Virus record (IMG/VR): IMGVR_UViG_3300027973_002292
Location: 32,001-96,000 of that record
Origin: a virus
Reading direction: 5' to 3' (one strand)
DNA: 64,000 bases
Part shown: one piece after another, positions 52,645-61,877 of the stretch
How the letters are laid out: every line of letters begins with the position of its first letter
Numbering within the stretch: position 1 is the first letter of the stretch
Program-made: the position numbers and the translations under genes
Notes under the pieces: model-generated
Seen by the model: the letters and a program-made list of their open reading frames with translations, nothing else
Databases searched by the model: none
Told to the model about the DNA's origin: nothing

Positions 52645-55195
52645 GATTTTTTTCTTTTAATTCGGATAGCTTTGTGTAAATTTTTAAGGTCTGAATCCCA
52701 ATGGTGTCGCCAAAAAGGCAGTCTTTCTTTTTTACACCTTTAACGATAACGATATCGTCTTTTTCAGGTAGTCTATCGCTGTTTGATGACTTATTGAAAT
52801 CAATCTTATCGTTGAAAGTCAAAACTGGAATGGTTCCAAATTCGTCAGAAACTATCATTTTAAATACTTTGGTTTTCTTCTCATTTTTAGATGTCCATTC
52901 AGAAGCATCGTCAACTTTGCCAACTATGTAAACCATCTGGTTTTCAGAAGAATCCATAGCTTGAGCAGTGGATATTAGATTTGGCATCTTTAAAGAAAAG
53001 ATAGCATTCAAAGACTTGTCGTAACTATAGCCAAGTAATTTGTTTTCATAATACCAATTAGCAAAACTTTCCGATTTATTATTTTGCTGATATATCTTTA
53101 AATAAGGATCGTATTTCTTTTTGATCGTTTCTAGACGAGTCTCTTTAATGAGAAGCTTGCTGTTCTCGTTCTTTGTCTCTGACAGTTTTTTGATAGTCTT
53201 GAGAAGATCGTAGTCTTGGTCTGGGCCGTGCTCCATGCTTAAGACTTTCTCTTTGTCCGTAAGAAGGTTCCAAAGCTGAGCTTCAAGAACAACTCGGCTT
53301 CTGGAAGAAGAAAAGCCATCTAAAGCTCCAGCTTGAATCAAAGCAGATAAAACGCCAATAGAAACTCCAACTTCCTTTGCTGCCTGAAACACTTCGAATT
53401 TATTAGATTGATCTGATTTGAAATTTTTCAGTTTGTGCATTGTCTTTTCAGAGATGCCTTTAATAGAAGATAATCCAAATCTAATATCATTTCCTTGAAT
53501 AGAAAAATCAGTATCAGATTTTAATATATGAGGTCCAAGTAAAGTTATTCCAAAGTGCCGAAGCTCTTTCTGGATCTTAGATATTTCTTCTAGAGGAGCC
53601 GGTTCATGCTTTGTCATCTCTAACAAAGCTAAGAAAAAATGCTGAGGATACTTAAATTTAAGATAAACAGTACAAGCCGCCAGAGCTGCATAGCTCATGG
53701 AGTGCGATTTATTAAACGAATAATTGGCTGAATTTTCAAGAATGCGCCAAAGGATATCTCCGATTTCTGGGGCTAGATTGTTTTCTTTAATTTTTTCAGA
53801 GATCTTTTCTTGCCATTTTTTGACTTCTTCCACCTTCTTTTTGCCAACGATTCGGCGTAACACTTCTGCTTCATCAAGAGTAAATCCAATCTTATTGGAC
53901 ATTTTCATCAACTGCTCCTGATACAATGCTACGCCGCCACTACCGCTTAGTACGGAATCAAAGAACTCATGGATACCTTCGTATTGATTGTTAGTTGTGA
54001 AATTAGCGTATTGATCTACGAACTCCAAAGCTCCGGGCCGAGCAAGAGCTAGAACGCCGCTTAGTTCTTCAAGGTTCCTTGGCTTTACTTTTTTGCAAAC
54101 TTTGAAGTTGGTCTCTGCTTCAATTTGAAAACATCCATGAGGAGTTTTAAAGTCTTGAAGCTGTTGATAAATAAATGGATCGTTAAAATTAAGGTCATCG
54201 ACTTTAATCCCAACTAGATTGCAAACGCGATCAACAATAGACACGCTTCTCAATCCAAGAAGATCTAATTTGACATTAGATATAGAAGCCCAATTCATGT
54301 CGTAGCTAGAGACCTGTTCTTTGTCTGAGGTAAGTTCAGTAGGGCAGCTTTGTTCTATCGGATAGTATGAAAGCATCATTCCAGAGGCATGAACGCTCTT
54401 ATTCTTGATTAGGCTTCTAAGTTTTAAAGCAGTTTTGTAAGATCTTGGATTATCGTCGCACCATTTCTTGAGTTGCTCAACCTCGCTATAAGCCTGTTTA
54501 AGATCCATAACTTGACCGAAAGTCTTTGGAATCAAAGAGCTAACTTCATTCATTTCGGTCTCTGGCTTCTCGTCAATGATCTTTCCGCACTCTTTAATAA
54601 GCAATTTACCGCTTAGAGTTGTTAGGGTTAAAATCTTAGAGGTTCTGCCAGCAAATAACTGCTCCAAGAATTTAATCACCTTTGGGCGATTATAATAGCA
54701 TATATCTATATCCACGTCGCACATCAGGGATCCATCAAGATATGTAATGCCATCTACTACTTGCTTCTTGGCTCGGATCTTAGAAATGAAACGCTCAAAG
54801 AATAGTTCATATTTAATCGGATCTACCTTGGTGACCCCCAACAAATAAAGAATAAGACTACCAGCAGCAGAACCGCGCCCAAGGCCGAGAGGTATGGAAT
54901 TTTCGTTACAGTAGTTAATAACAGTCCAAACCAGAAGAATATAGTCAAGAAATCCAAGTTCTTTAATGGTCTCAAGTTCATATTTTACTCTCTCTGAATA
55001 TTTAGGAAAATCTTCTTTGGCTATATTTAGCTTTTTAAAATTAGACCTACATACTTGCATCAAGAAATCATAATTGGAAGATTCCTCTTTAAGGCCATAC
55101 TGCTTCTTAAGGCGGCTCTCAATATTGAATTCGGGAAGCCTTACGCCATACAATGGCAGCTTCATATTTGAAAATTGCGAATCGAAGTCTTTCAT
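52628..55195 (-). CDS. dnaE: DNA polymerase III alpha-like (family C) catalytic core lacking the PHP domain
   Basis: GLGRGSAAGSLILYLLGVT..DPIKYELFFERF, CDVDID, SVHASG, KLDLLGL, CFQIE, LYQEQLM, YSFNKSHS, IRFGLSSIKG and a C-terminal OB fold. Confidence 0.95.
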   Translation of the reverse strand: MKDFDSQFSNMKLPLYGVRLPEFNIESRLKKQYGLKEESSNYDFLMQVCRSNFKKLNIAKEDFPKYSERVKYELETIKELGFLDYILLVWTVINYCNENSIPLGLGRGSAAGSLILYLLGVTKVDPIKYELFFERFISKIRAKKQVVDGITYLDGSLMCDVDIDICYYNRPKVIKFLEQLFAGRTSKILTLTTLSGKLLIKECGKIIDEKPETEMNEVSSLIPKTFGQVMDLKQAYSEVEQLKKWCDDNPRSYKTALKLRSLIKNKSVHASGMMLSYYPIEQSCPTELTSDKEQVSSYDMNWASISNVKLDLLGLRSVSIVDRVCNLVGIKVDDLNFNDPFIYQQLQDFKTPHGCFQIEAETNFKVCKKVKPRNLEELSGVLALARPGALEFVDQYANFTTNNQYEGIHEFFDSVLSGSGGVALYQEQLMKMSNKIGFTLDEAEVLRRIVGKKKVEEVKKWQEKISEKIKENNLAPEIGDILWRILENSANYSFNKSHSMSYAALAACTVYLKFKYPQHFFLALLEMTKHEPAPLEEISKIQKELRHFGITLLGPHILKSDTDFSIQGNDIRFGLSSIKGISEKTMHKLKNFKSDQSNKFEVFQAAKEVGVSIGVLSALIQAGALDGFSSSRSRVVLEAQLWNLLTDKEKVLSMEHGPDQDYDLLKTIKKLSETKNENSKLLIKETRLETIKKKYDPYLKIYQQNNKSESFANWYYENKLLGYSYDKSLNAIFSLKMPNLISTAQAMDSSENQMVYIVGKVDDASEWTSKNEKKTKVFKMIVSDEFGTIPVLTFNDKIDFNKSSNSDRLPEKDDIVIVKGVKKKDCLFGDTIGIQTLKIYTKLSELKEKNLDNQE

Positions 55196-55830
55196 ATTTC
55201 TGCTTGAAATTTAATTTTGTTCCAAACCTTGAGGTTAAGATCCAAATCTACGATAGCATTATGCAGATTTTCGTAATCGTGATCTATAGTGTAGTCTTTA
55301 CCAAGAGCAGTGAGGTTGGTTTTAATTCCTTTTCGGTAAGTGTGCAAAAGCTTATATTGATATTCAATCAAAGATTCTTTTGGCATTTTTGGAATTCCAT
55401 ACTTGATTCCTTTAGCCAAGCAGTTGGTGTCTATAAATTTATTTACTAGATGTTTAATGTTTCTATTTTTAAGAAGATACATTTCCTTGATCAGATAAAC
55501 GTCGAATCCAAGAATATTATGACCAACAATATAGTCGCTACGATCAAGCCAATCACTAATAGTACCAAAAACATCATCAAATTTCTTGCCAGTTGTTCTA
55601 ATGAGTTCTTCTGGGTATCTTGTGATTCGTCTTGCATCTTCAGATATTTTAAGATTAGTATCCCATTTAATCAATAAATCTCGCTCATCTATTTTCTTGC
55701 CACCGATAGTATACAACATAGCTACCTGCCAAGGAAGATTTTGACAAAAATTTAAGCAAAGATTTAAAGTCTCGCAGTCTATAAAGACTATTTTTTTAGT
55801 CTTATCAAACCTCAATAGTTCATTTTCCAT
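55192..55830 (-). CDS. DEDDh 3'-5' exonuclease (DnaQ/epsilon-like)
   Basis: ExoI FIDCET, ExoII VGHNILGFD, ExoIII LHNAIVD. Confidence 0.9.
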   Translation of the reverse strand: MENELLRFDKTKKIVFIDCETLNLCLNFCQNLPWQVAMLYTIGGKKIDERDLLIKWDTNLKISEDARRITRYPEELIRTTGKKFDDVFGTISDWLDRSDYIVGHNILGFDVYLIKEMYLLKNRNIKHLVNKFIDTNCLAKGIKYGIPKMPKESLIEYQYKLLHTYRKGIKTNLTALGKDYTIDHDYENLHNAIVDLDLNLKVWNKIKFQAEI

Positions 55831-56587
55831 ATTTTTCCTTGAATGATTCGGCGCTGAATTCGTTTGAAGAGCAGTGATCTAAATTAGGTTTATTTAAAGT
55901 TGTTCTTTCCGAGATGCATCGGAAGGTAAGGTAAGCCAAGAAATCTTCTTTGTTCTCATAATAGATAGACTGCGATCTGACCGCCGGAAGTCCATTCGAG
56001 GTGATTTCTTTAACTTTAGATTTAAGAATTTCATCAAATGGTAAATTGTTATCCTCTACAAAATAAGTAGGAGTGCAAAAACTAAAATCAGGAACGCATA
56101 TGCTATAAGTTAAATTATTCTTAAAAACATAAGAATCGTAGAATGGGACACAAAGCGATAAATTGCTCTTTTTCCATAGCCTACTTAAGTTCTTGCAATC
56201 TATTCTTGGGTAGTAATAAAAACCATTAATGCTTGCAAAAGTGGATATTTTAATTAGATCGTAATATCCGTCATTGTTAGTTATAAAAATTATAACCTTA
56301 TGCTCTTTATCTCTTGACTCGGCTGTCTTGTTATCTATATCATCGCATACAGTTAAACGAAGACCGAATCTTAAATTCAATTTAGCATCTTCGCAAGATT
56401 TGTAAGCTTCTAGAAAGCCAGAAATAGAATCGTCTACTAGGTATAAGTTTTCTAGATTTAACTTTTTTGCTATATCTATTATCGAACTCGGCTCGTCAAG
56501 CTCGCTTGAGCCAGCCTTGGCAAGCGTTAGGATAGACTTGCCAAGACTATAATGGGATTTGAAAAGCGGCACAGCCGAATACTCCAT
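55820..56587 (-). CDS. Stand-alone PHP domain of DnaE
   Basis: PLFKSHYSLGKSIL, LYLVDDSISGF, LRFGLRL, NNDGYYDLIKIST and FYYYPRID align with the N-terminus of Pol III alpha. Confidence 0.85.
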   Translation of the reverse strand: MEYSAVPLFKSHYSLGKSILTLAKAGSSELDEPSSIIDIAKKLNLENLYLVDDSISGFLEAYKSCEDAKLNLRFGLRLTVCDDIDNKTAESRDKEHKVIIFITNNDGYYDLIKISTFASINGFYYYPRIDCKNLSRLWKKSNLSLCVPFYDSYVFKNNLTYSICVPDFSFCTPTYFVEDNNLPFDEILKSKVKEITSNGLPAVRSQSIYYENKEDFLAYLTFRCISERTTLNKPNLDHCSSNEFSAESFKEKYGK

Positions 56588-56592
56588 GCGTC

Positions 56593-56620
56593 AGCATGGT
56601 CGCTCCGAACAGGAAGTCAA
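56593..56620 (-). promoter_or_regulatory. Sigma70-type promoter, leaderless spacing
   Basis: TTGACT-N16-CATGCT-N5-ATG(56587). Confidence 0.6.
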
Positions 56621-57571
56621 TCAAAAAGTTGGGTCGACTTTTCTCCAGTAAGGGCAGCCTTTATATTCTGTTTTATTAATGAGAGATACCTTTGGGTCAT
56701 TTAAAAGGTCTTCTCTTTTAAGCGAAGAACGAATAAATTTATCATTAACATCTGTTCCTACGTAATAGGAAGCAGCAAGTCTGGATGGGCAAATCCATTT
56801 GCCTTGGACATCGCTTCCGCACATCCATTTTTTACTTGGAGAATTAGCGGCTAGATTTCCAACAGATTTCTTTTCGTCAAATTCAGTAATATATCCAGCA
56901 ACATAAGATAAATACTCTTTAAATCCATTCAATTGCTCTTCAGTGGGCTTGGGGGCCTCTTGAATAGGTTGCTTTTTAAACTTTAAAAATATAAAGATAA
57001 CATCAGGAATGTGTCCTTTAGTCTTAAAGACAGCCAAAGAATACATTAAATTTTGAAGATTAAAATCAATCTCTTGTTTAGAGAATTTTCCCTTGCTGGA
57101 TTTGTAGTCGTAAATCTTATAATTATCGCCATCAAATTTGGCAAGCTTATCTATAAAGCCATTGATGATGTAATTATCTTCCTCTAGTTTAAACTCAGAC
57201 TCAGCTTCGACTAGAAGCGCTCCTTGGCAAAAGAAATCGCTTTGCAAGCCGGTCTGAATCATGTTGTAAATTAAATCTAGATTTTCTTCATCATTGACTT
57301 TTAGTTTTTTAGCGTTCTTTAAGATGAGTTTGTGGATTGCTGGGTTTTTTATTACTCCAGCTTTTCCTGAGCATAGGTCTTCAAAATACTTTTTATGCCT
57401 ATCGGTAAGAAGAAGCTCAAAAATTAAATGACAGATAGTACCTCTAGAGGCTCCAGAATTAGAAATATCAGGATACTTAAGTATGTATTTAGAGTAGTAT
57501 AGCCAACTGCAGCTTTCAATAGTCTTAATTTTGCTTGCGCTAAGCTTTACTTTTTCTTTTATGGTGCTCAT
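56621..57571 (-). CDS. PD-(D/E)XK nuclease, RecB/AddB/Cas4-like
   Basis: LSASKI...C, RGTICH, E, GFIDKL, IYDYKS, Q..MY and C-terminal cysteines. Start is probably ATG 57571, overlapping the primase stop. Confidence 0.85.
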   Translation of the reverse strand: MSTIKEKVKLSASKIKTIESCSWLYYSKYILKYPDISNSGASRGTICHLIFELLLTDRHKKYFEDLCSGKAGVIKNPAIHKLILKNAKKLKVNDEENLDLIYNMIQTGLQSDFFCQGALLVEAESEFKLEEDNYIINGFIDKLAKFDGDNYKIYDYKSSKGKFSKQEIDFNLQNLMYSLAVFKTKGHIPDVIFIFLKFKKQPIQEAPKPTEEQLNGFKEYLSYVAGYITEFDEKKSVGNLAANSPSKKWMCGSDVQGKWICPSRLAASYYVGTDVNDKFIRSSLKREDLLNDPKVSLINKTEYKGCPYWRKVDPTF

Positions 57572-58500
57572 ATTGTTTTGTGCCACTCCTGAATCTTACT
57601 CTTATCAAATAAATTTAAATCTCCAAAGTCTTTAGCTTCGGTTGGGAGGTTAATGGAGATTTGATTACGATCAAAGTAATTGAGGAGTTTGTTTTTTACC
57701 GATACTGCTGCTTCGTTGCCTGCCCCATTATTGTCAGAATCGTTGTTGAAAGCAATAATTATTTTGTCAGGATTTAGGGCTATTAAACTATAGATTATCT
57801 TAGGAGATATATTGAGGCCAAATGTAACGATGGAATTATTTATGCCATTCTCTCTAAGAGCCAGCATGTCGCCAATGCTTTCTAATAGAATAACTTTTTT
57901 GCATTTTTTGATATCTTCGAGATTAACTTTGAGAGGGTAAACCCATTCTTTCTTATCTCCAATATGTTTCCATTTTGGGCGACCTTCTAAAGAAAATGGA
58001 GCGATATCTCTTCCGGAAAACCCTATGATATTATCTTTATTGTCAAAAACTGGAAAGGTATATCTATTATACATCTTGCCGGTAGAAGCAACTCCACCAT
58101 TAAATTGAGATAAAGTAGAAGAAGAGATCCCTCTGTTATTCCAATACTCATCGTTCTTGCTGAGTTTAAGAAGCAAAGACTTTTCAAAATATTGAATTTG
58201 CTTTGTTATAGCTCTAGGCTTTTCAATTTCTTCATTATTTATTGAAATCCCTTTAGAGTCTATCCATTGCTTAGCTTCTTCTATAGACTTTAACTTTAAA
58301 GTAAGTCGAATCAGCTCTTCTAAAGAGCCGCTTTTGTTCTCTTTAAAGTCTACCCATTGTCCGGAGTTCTTCCATATTCTTAGTACGCTATCGTTATCGG
58401 AATCTCTATAGAGAGGTTTAGTTCTAAATTCTCTACCATTGTCCGTTAATACGTATCCTATGTCTTGAAGAATCCTTCTAACAGATTCGCAGTCGTTCAT
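57568..58500 (-). CDS. DnaG-like primase (TOPRIM)
   Basis: YWNNRGIS, NRYTFPV, IIGFSGR, PKWKH, ILLESIGDMLAL, IIIAFNND, KDFGDL. Confidence 0.85.
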   Translation of the reverse strand: MNDCESVRRILQDIGYVLTDNGREFRTKPLYRDSDNDSVLRIWKNSGQWVDFKENKSGSLEELIRLTLKLKSIEEAKQWIDSKGISINNEEIEKPRAITKQIQYFEKSLLLKLSKNDEYWNNRGISSSTLSQFNGGVASTGKMYNRYTFPVFDNKDNIIGFSGRDIAPFSLEGRPKWKHIGDKKEWVYPLKVNLEDIKKCKKVILLESIGDMLALRENGINNSIVTFGLNISPKIIYSLIALNPDKIIIAFNNDSDNNGAGNEAAVSVKNKLLNYFDRNQISINLPTEAKDFGDLNLFDKSKIQEWHKTI

Positions 58501-59960
58501 AAAATTTCACCATCTCCTGAATCGTCTAACTCGGGCCTCAAAGCTCTAGCCGAAACAATGTCTTCTAGAGTTCCCTTCTCTTGCACATTGAAGTTTTGAA
58601 TGTCAAAGCTTACATAATTTGCGGCGTATTTTATTTTCTTACCTTCTTTAATTCTTACCAAGTCGTGATGACCAGCAGAGTCTTTTCCTTGAAATCTTGT
58701 TGCGAGAGGAATAAGTTTATGAGAACCGAATTCTTCACCGTCACTAGCTATCTCTTCAACAGTTTTCCGGCGAAAGATGCCAACGAACGAAGCGAACCAT
58801 TGCAAGCGATCAGATTGAGAAATCGCACTGCTATCATCGACTCCATTTTCTGCGCTACGATTTAACTGACAAGCTGTTAGAATGGGAATATTAAGCTCAG
58901 AGCAAAGCTCCTTCAAAGAATTGACCTTGTCTCCAATTAGTTGGTACTCTTGTTTGTTTTTGTCTGATTCTCCAGTTAACTTAATGTAATCGTAAATAAC
59001 AACACACGGATTGCCTCGACCTACTTTTGAAAAGTACCATCTTTTAATAATAGAAACAACTTCATGAATTGGTTTTCCAGAGACTTGAATATGATCTACT
59101 TGATTTTGAATCTTTAAGATTTCGCTCTTGTTTTCTTGGAAGAGTTTATATAAGTTTGGGCTCTTTTTCCAATTGCCAGTTTCTAGATACCAGACTGGAA
59201 TTTGAGTTATAGAAGAAGCTATTCGGAACTTCATGTCTAAAGTAGACATTTCCGTATCTAAAACAAGAGCTTTGCAACCAGGATTAATTGAGGTTGTCTT
59301 GATTGCCAAATCGTTTAAGATTGTAGACTTACCGTGCTTGGGGCGACTAACCCAAGCATATAGATTTCCGGGTCTTATGCCGCCGTACAATCTATTAAAA
59401 TTGGGATACGGGGTTTCTAATCCGGTTTCCTTAATTGGGTTATTGCCTCGCTCTTCAATTATTTCAATTGTATTTGAGGTGATGTCTTCGGGCTTGTTGC
59501 TATTGTGAGTGTATGGCGATATGTTTTTATTATAAATCTGATCGCTTTCACTAATGATCTCTTCAAGATCTTTGTCTGCGCAAGAGTGGGCGAATTTTTT
59601 TATTTCTTCCCCAGTCTCTTCGATTTCTCTTCTTACTCTAAACTTAAGAAGTTCTTTAGCAGAATCTATTAAGCCGCTTTTAGTAGTTGGTATAAGACAA
59701 ATACTATTAACATAATTAAATATATCAACAGATTGATCTTTAAATGTGATGCCTAGATTTTTGGCTTTTTGAGCTATTAGAACTTTATCAATAGTTTCGC
59801 CCTTGTTGTAGGTATCCTTATATACGCAAAAAATAGTATAATGAACATCATTGACGAAATCGTTTTCGGTAATGAAACTTTCTATATCTGCGAAAGCGTC
59901 TTGGTGCTTTATTAACGCAGACAGTAGATACTTTTCTAGTTGTAAAGAGTAAATTGACAT
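58497..59960 (-). CDS. dnaB: Replicative DnaB-like helicase
   Basis: GGIRPGNL, Walker A SRPKHGKST, LDTEM, IYDYIKL, ACQLNR. Confidence 0.92.
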   Translation of the reverse strand: MSIYSLQLEKYLLSALIKHQDAFADIESFITENDFVNDVHYTIFCVYKDTYNKGETIDKVLIAQKAKNLGITFKDQSVDIFNYVNSICLIPTTKSGLIDSAKELLKFRVRREIEETGEEIKKFAHSCADKDLEEIISESDQIYNKNISPYTHNSNKPEDITSNTIEIIEERGNNPIKETGLETPYPNFNRLYGGIRPGNLYAWVSRPKHGKSTILNDLAIKTTSINPGCKALVLDTEMSTLDMKFRIASSITQIPVWYLETGNWKKSPNLYKLFQENKSEILKIQNQVDHIQVSGKPIHEVVSIIKRWYFSKVGRGNPCVVIYDYIKLTGESDKNKQEYQLIGDKVNSLKELCSELNIPILTACQLNRSAENGVDDSSAISQSDRLQWFASFVGIFRRKTVEEIASDGEEFGSHKLIPLATRFQGKDSAGHHDLVRIKEGKKIKYAANYVSFDIQNFNVQEKGTLEDIVSARALRPELDDSGDGEIL

Positions 59961-60376
59961 TAGAGGCTTATGTTATGCTTTTCTTTAAAGAAGTTTTCGG
60001 TTAGAGAGTCTACTTCGTCGTGATATACTTCAATCAAAATAAATTTATTTAAAACCAACCAATTTTCTTTTGCGACATCTCTTTTGATAGATTTTAAATA
60101 ATTCAATCTTGAATCATTATGAAAAAATTTATTGTAAGAGGAATGCTGTGGACCGTGAACTTCCACAGCTATCTTGCGCGTTGCGTTGATTATGTCAACT
60201 TTTAATCGAGAGCCGAAGACGGGAAACTCTTCGTAGACTATATGGTTTTTCCAATAATCCTTTAGGAATTGCTTGGTTTTAAATTGTATTTTAGAGCGAG
60301 AATTAGCTTCCCAATCAATTAAGTATTCGGAAACATTCTTGCTTACAACTTTACCATATACATTAAAAAGCTTCAT
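59960..60376 (-). CDS. Vsr/DUF559-like endonuclease
   Basis: EEFPV...LKVDI...IAVEVHGPQH...FFH...RDVAKENW. Confidence 0.75.
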   Translation of the reverse strand: MKLFNVYGKVVSKNVSEYLIDWEANSRSKIQFKTKQFLKDYWKNHIVYEEFPVFGSRLKVDIINATRKIAVEVHGPQHSSYNKFFHNDSRLNYLKSIKRDVAKENWLVLNKFILIEVYHDEVDSLTENFFKEKHNISL

Positions 60377-61485
60377 CTCTTCAAAACGCTAATGAACTTA
60401 TCAAACAAATACTTAGTAATATCGGGATGTTCTTCTAAGAAGTTCTTTAGATTTGCCTCTCCTTGGTGCTGCTTGGGAAGATCAAGATTATTATCAGCAA
60501 GCTCCTTAACTAGATCGTCGGTTATGGTTATCCAAGCTCCTTTAGCGTGAGCAAATTCCCAAGCTAGAAGCTGGTCAACAATTTCATACTCAATCCAAAC
60601 GCTTGAGCCATTTGTTCTGCCGTATTTAATTGGGTATCGGACTTCTCTTCCGGACTTCTCGTTTGGAGTCTTTTTAAATATAATCTTGCACCAATGGCCT
60701 ACTGGATTGCCCTCGCCCTTAGTTCCAGCATAAATAGAATCTTTATTCCATCGCTGTTGGAACTCTAAAATCCAATCTGAGTAATGCAAAGCAGCGTTTC
60801 CGCCGCTGGCGTTAGTAACCTTTGGGTCGCCCTTTTCGTAAGGATTGATCTTGATGGAAGATCTTACTTGAGAAATAAGGAAGCAGATGTGACCTCTTGA
60901 AGAAAAAGCCGCTGCCATCTTTCTGAGTAGATCAGAAGTAAGCAAAGCTGCTCCAGCAGTTTTATTAGCTTCAGTGGCTGATTTGGCCAAATCATTTCTT
61001 GGAACCAGAGCGTCTAAGCTATCAATCATGAAGAAATAAATATTTCCATCATCATTGTTTTTAATAAGCTCTCGCATTGTATCAGTAACGAACTCGTAAT
61101 CATTAGTGGGAATTACTCGCCACTTGTTGGGATCTGTGTTCACCCCAGATCGATTAATCATGCTTTCGCTAAGTCGCCCTTCTGATTTAATGTAAATAAT
61201 ACAGCCTTTTTCAGGGTGTAGAATCTGGAAGTTACGAGCAAAACACAAAGCGTTGCTTGTTTTTCCTCCTTCCGTAATGCCTGATGATCGAATTATTCCA
61301 GGATGAATTCCTCCTCCCATTTCGATATCTAGAGTTAAACTTCCGCTGCTTACAACATAATCAATATTGTTATCATAAGCATAATGGTGATCTTTATTAG
61401 ATTTTAATATGTTATCCAGAACCCTGAGTTTGTCGTTTGACTGTGGCTCTTCTGATTCTACGATTTCTTTCTTTTGTCTTGCCAT
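60373..61485 (-). CDS. recA: RecA/UvsX-like recombinase
   Basis: SSGSLTLDIEMGGG, Walker A GITEGGKTS, MIDSLDAL, FLISQVR, SGGNAALHYS, KGAW. Confidence 0.9.
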   Translation of the reverse strand: MARQKKEIVESEEPQSNDKLRVLDNILKSNKDHHYAYDNNIDYVVSSGSLTLDIEMGGGIHPGIIRSSGITEGGKTSNALCFARNFQILHPEKGCIIYIKSEGRLSESMINRSGVNTDPNKWRVIPTNDYEFVTDTMRELIKNNDDGNIYFFMIDSLDALVPRNDLAKSATEANKTAGAALLTSDLLRKMAAAFSSRGHICFLISQVRSSIKINPYEKGDPKVTNASGGNAALHYSDWILEFQQRWNKDSIYAGTKGEGNPVGHWCKIIFKKTPNEKSGREVRYPIKYGRTNGSSVWIEYEIVDQLLAWEFAHAKGAWITITDDLVKELADNNLDLPKQHQGEANLKNFLEEHPDITKYLFDKFISVLKR

Positions 61486-61486
61486 A

Positions 61487-61843
61487 TTATTTATTGAATA
61501 AATTTAAAAACTCTTTGAGAGATTTTGGTTTTTTTACAACTTTCGTGGGAGGGGCTACTGGTTTATCTTCTAGTTCAATCTTCTGTTTTTCAAAAGAAAG
61601 AGACTGATATTTCCTGATATTATTAAGAAACTCTTTTCCATTGTCTCCAAGAAACCAAGTAAGAGAGATAAGCTTAGTTCTGCCTTTGAGGCTCATCAAG
61701 AAATCAAAATCATATTGTTTAATTAATTTGCTAGCAACGCGCATTTCATTTGGCCAATTGCATTTACTTGGCTCGTTTAAAAAAGCCATAATTAATAATT
61801 GGTGATTACTTAATTTTCTAGGTTTTCTTAGACCTGGAGGCAC
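61487..61843 (-). CDS. Hypothetical basic protein, 118 aa
   Basis: GTG start directly behind a sigma70-type promoter; TAATATG junction to recA. Confidence 0.7.
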   Translation of the reverse strand: MPPGLRKPRKLSNHQLLIMAFLNEPSKCNWPNEMRVASKLIKQYDFDFLMSLKGRTKLISLTWFLGDNGKEFLNNIRKYQSLSFEKQKIELEDKPVAPPTKVVKKPKSLKEFLNLFNK

Positions 61844-61848
61844 CTCCC

Positions 61849-61877
61849 AGTATGGACGGGCTTCAGGCTCCAGTCAA
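61849..61877 (-). promoter_or_regulatory. Sigma70-type promoter, leaderless spacing
   Basis: TTGACT-N17-CATACT-N5-GTG(61843). Confidence 0.7.

Noticed and set aside
56621-57571. Cas4 as evidence of a CRISPR-Cas system
   Set aside because: No other cas genes or array are present, and stand-alone RecB/Cas4-like nucleases are common in phage replication modules.
48032-59508. Numerous short opposite-strand or alternate-frame ORFs in the track (e.g. 48032-48337, 48268-48534, 50340-50636, 59233-59508)
   Set aside because: They lie within well-supported genes and show no recognisable motifs or expression signals.
52628-61485. Inteins or introns in dnaE, dnaB or recA
   Set aside because: Protein lengths are ordinary or short, and no intein splice-junction or LAGLIDADG motifs were seen.
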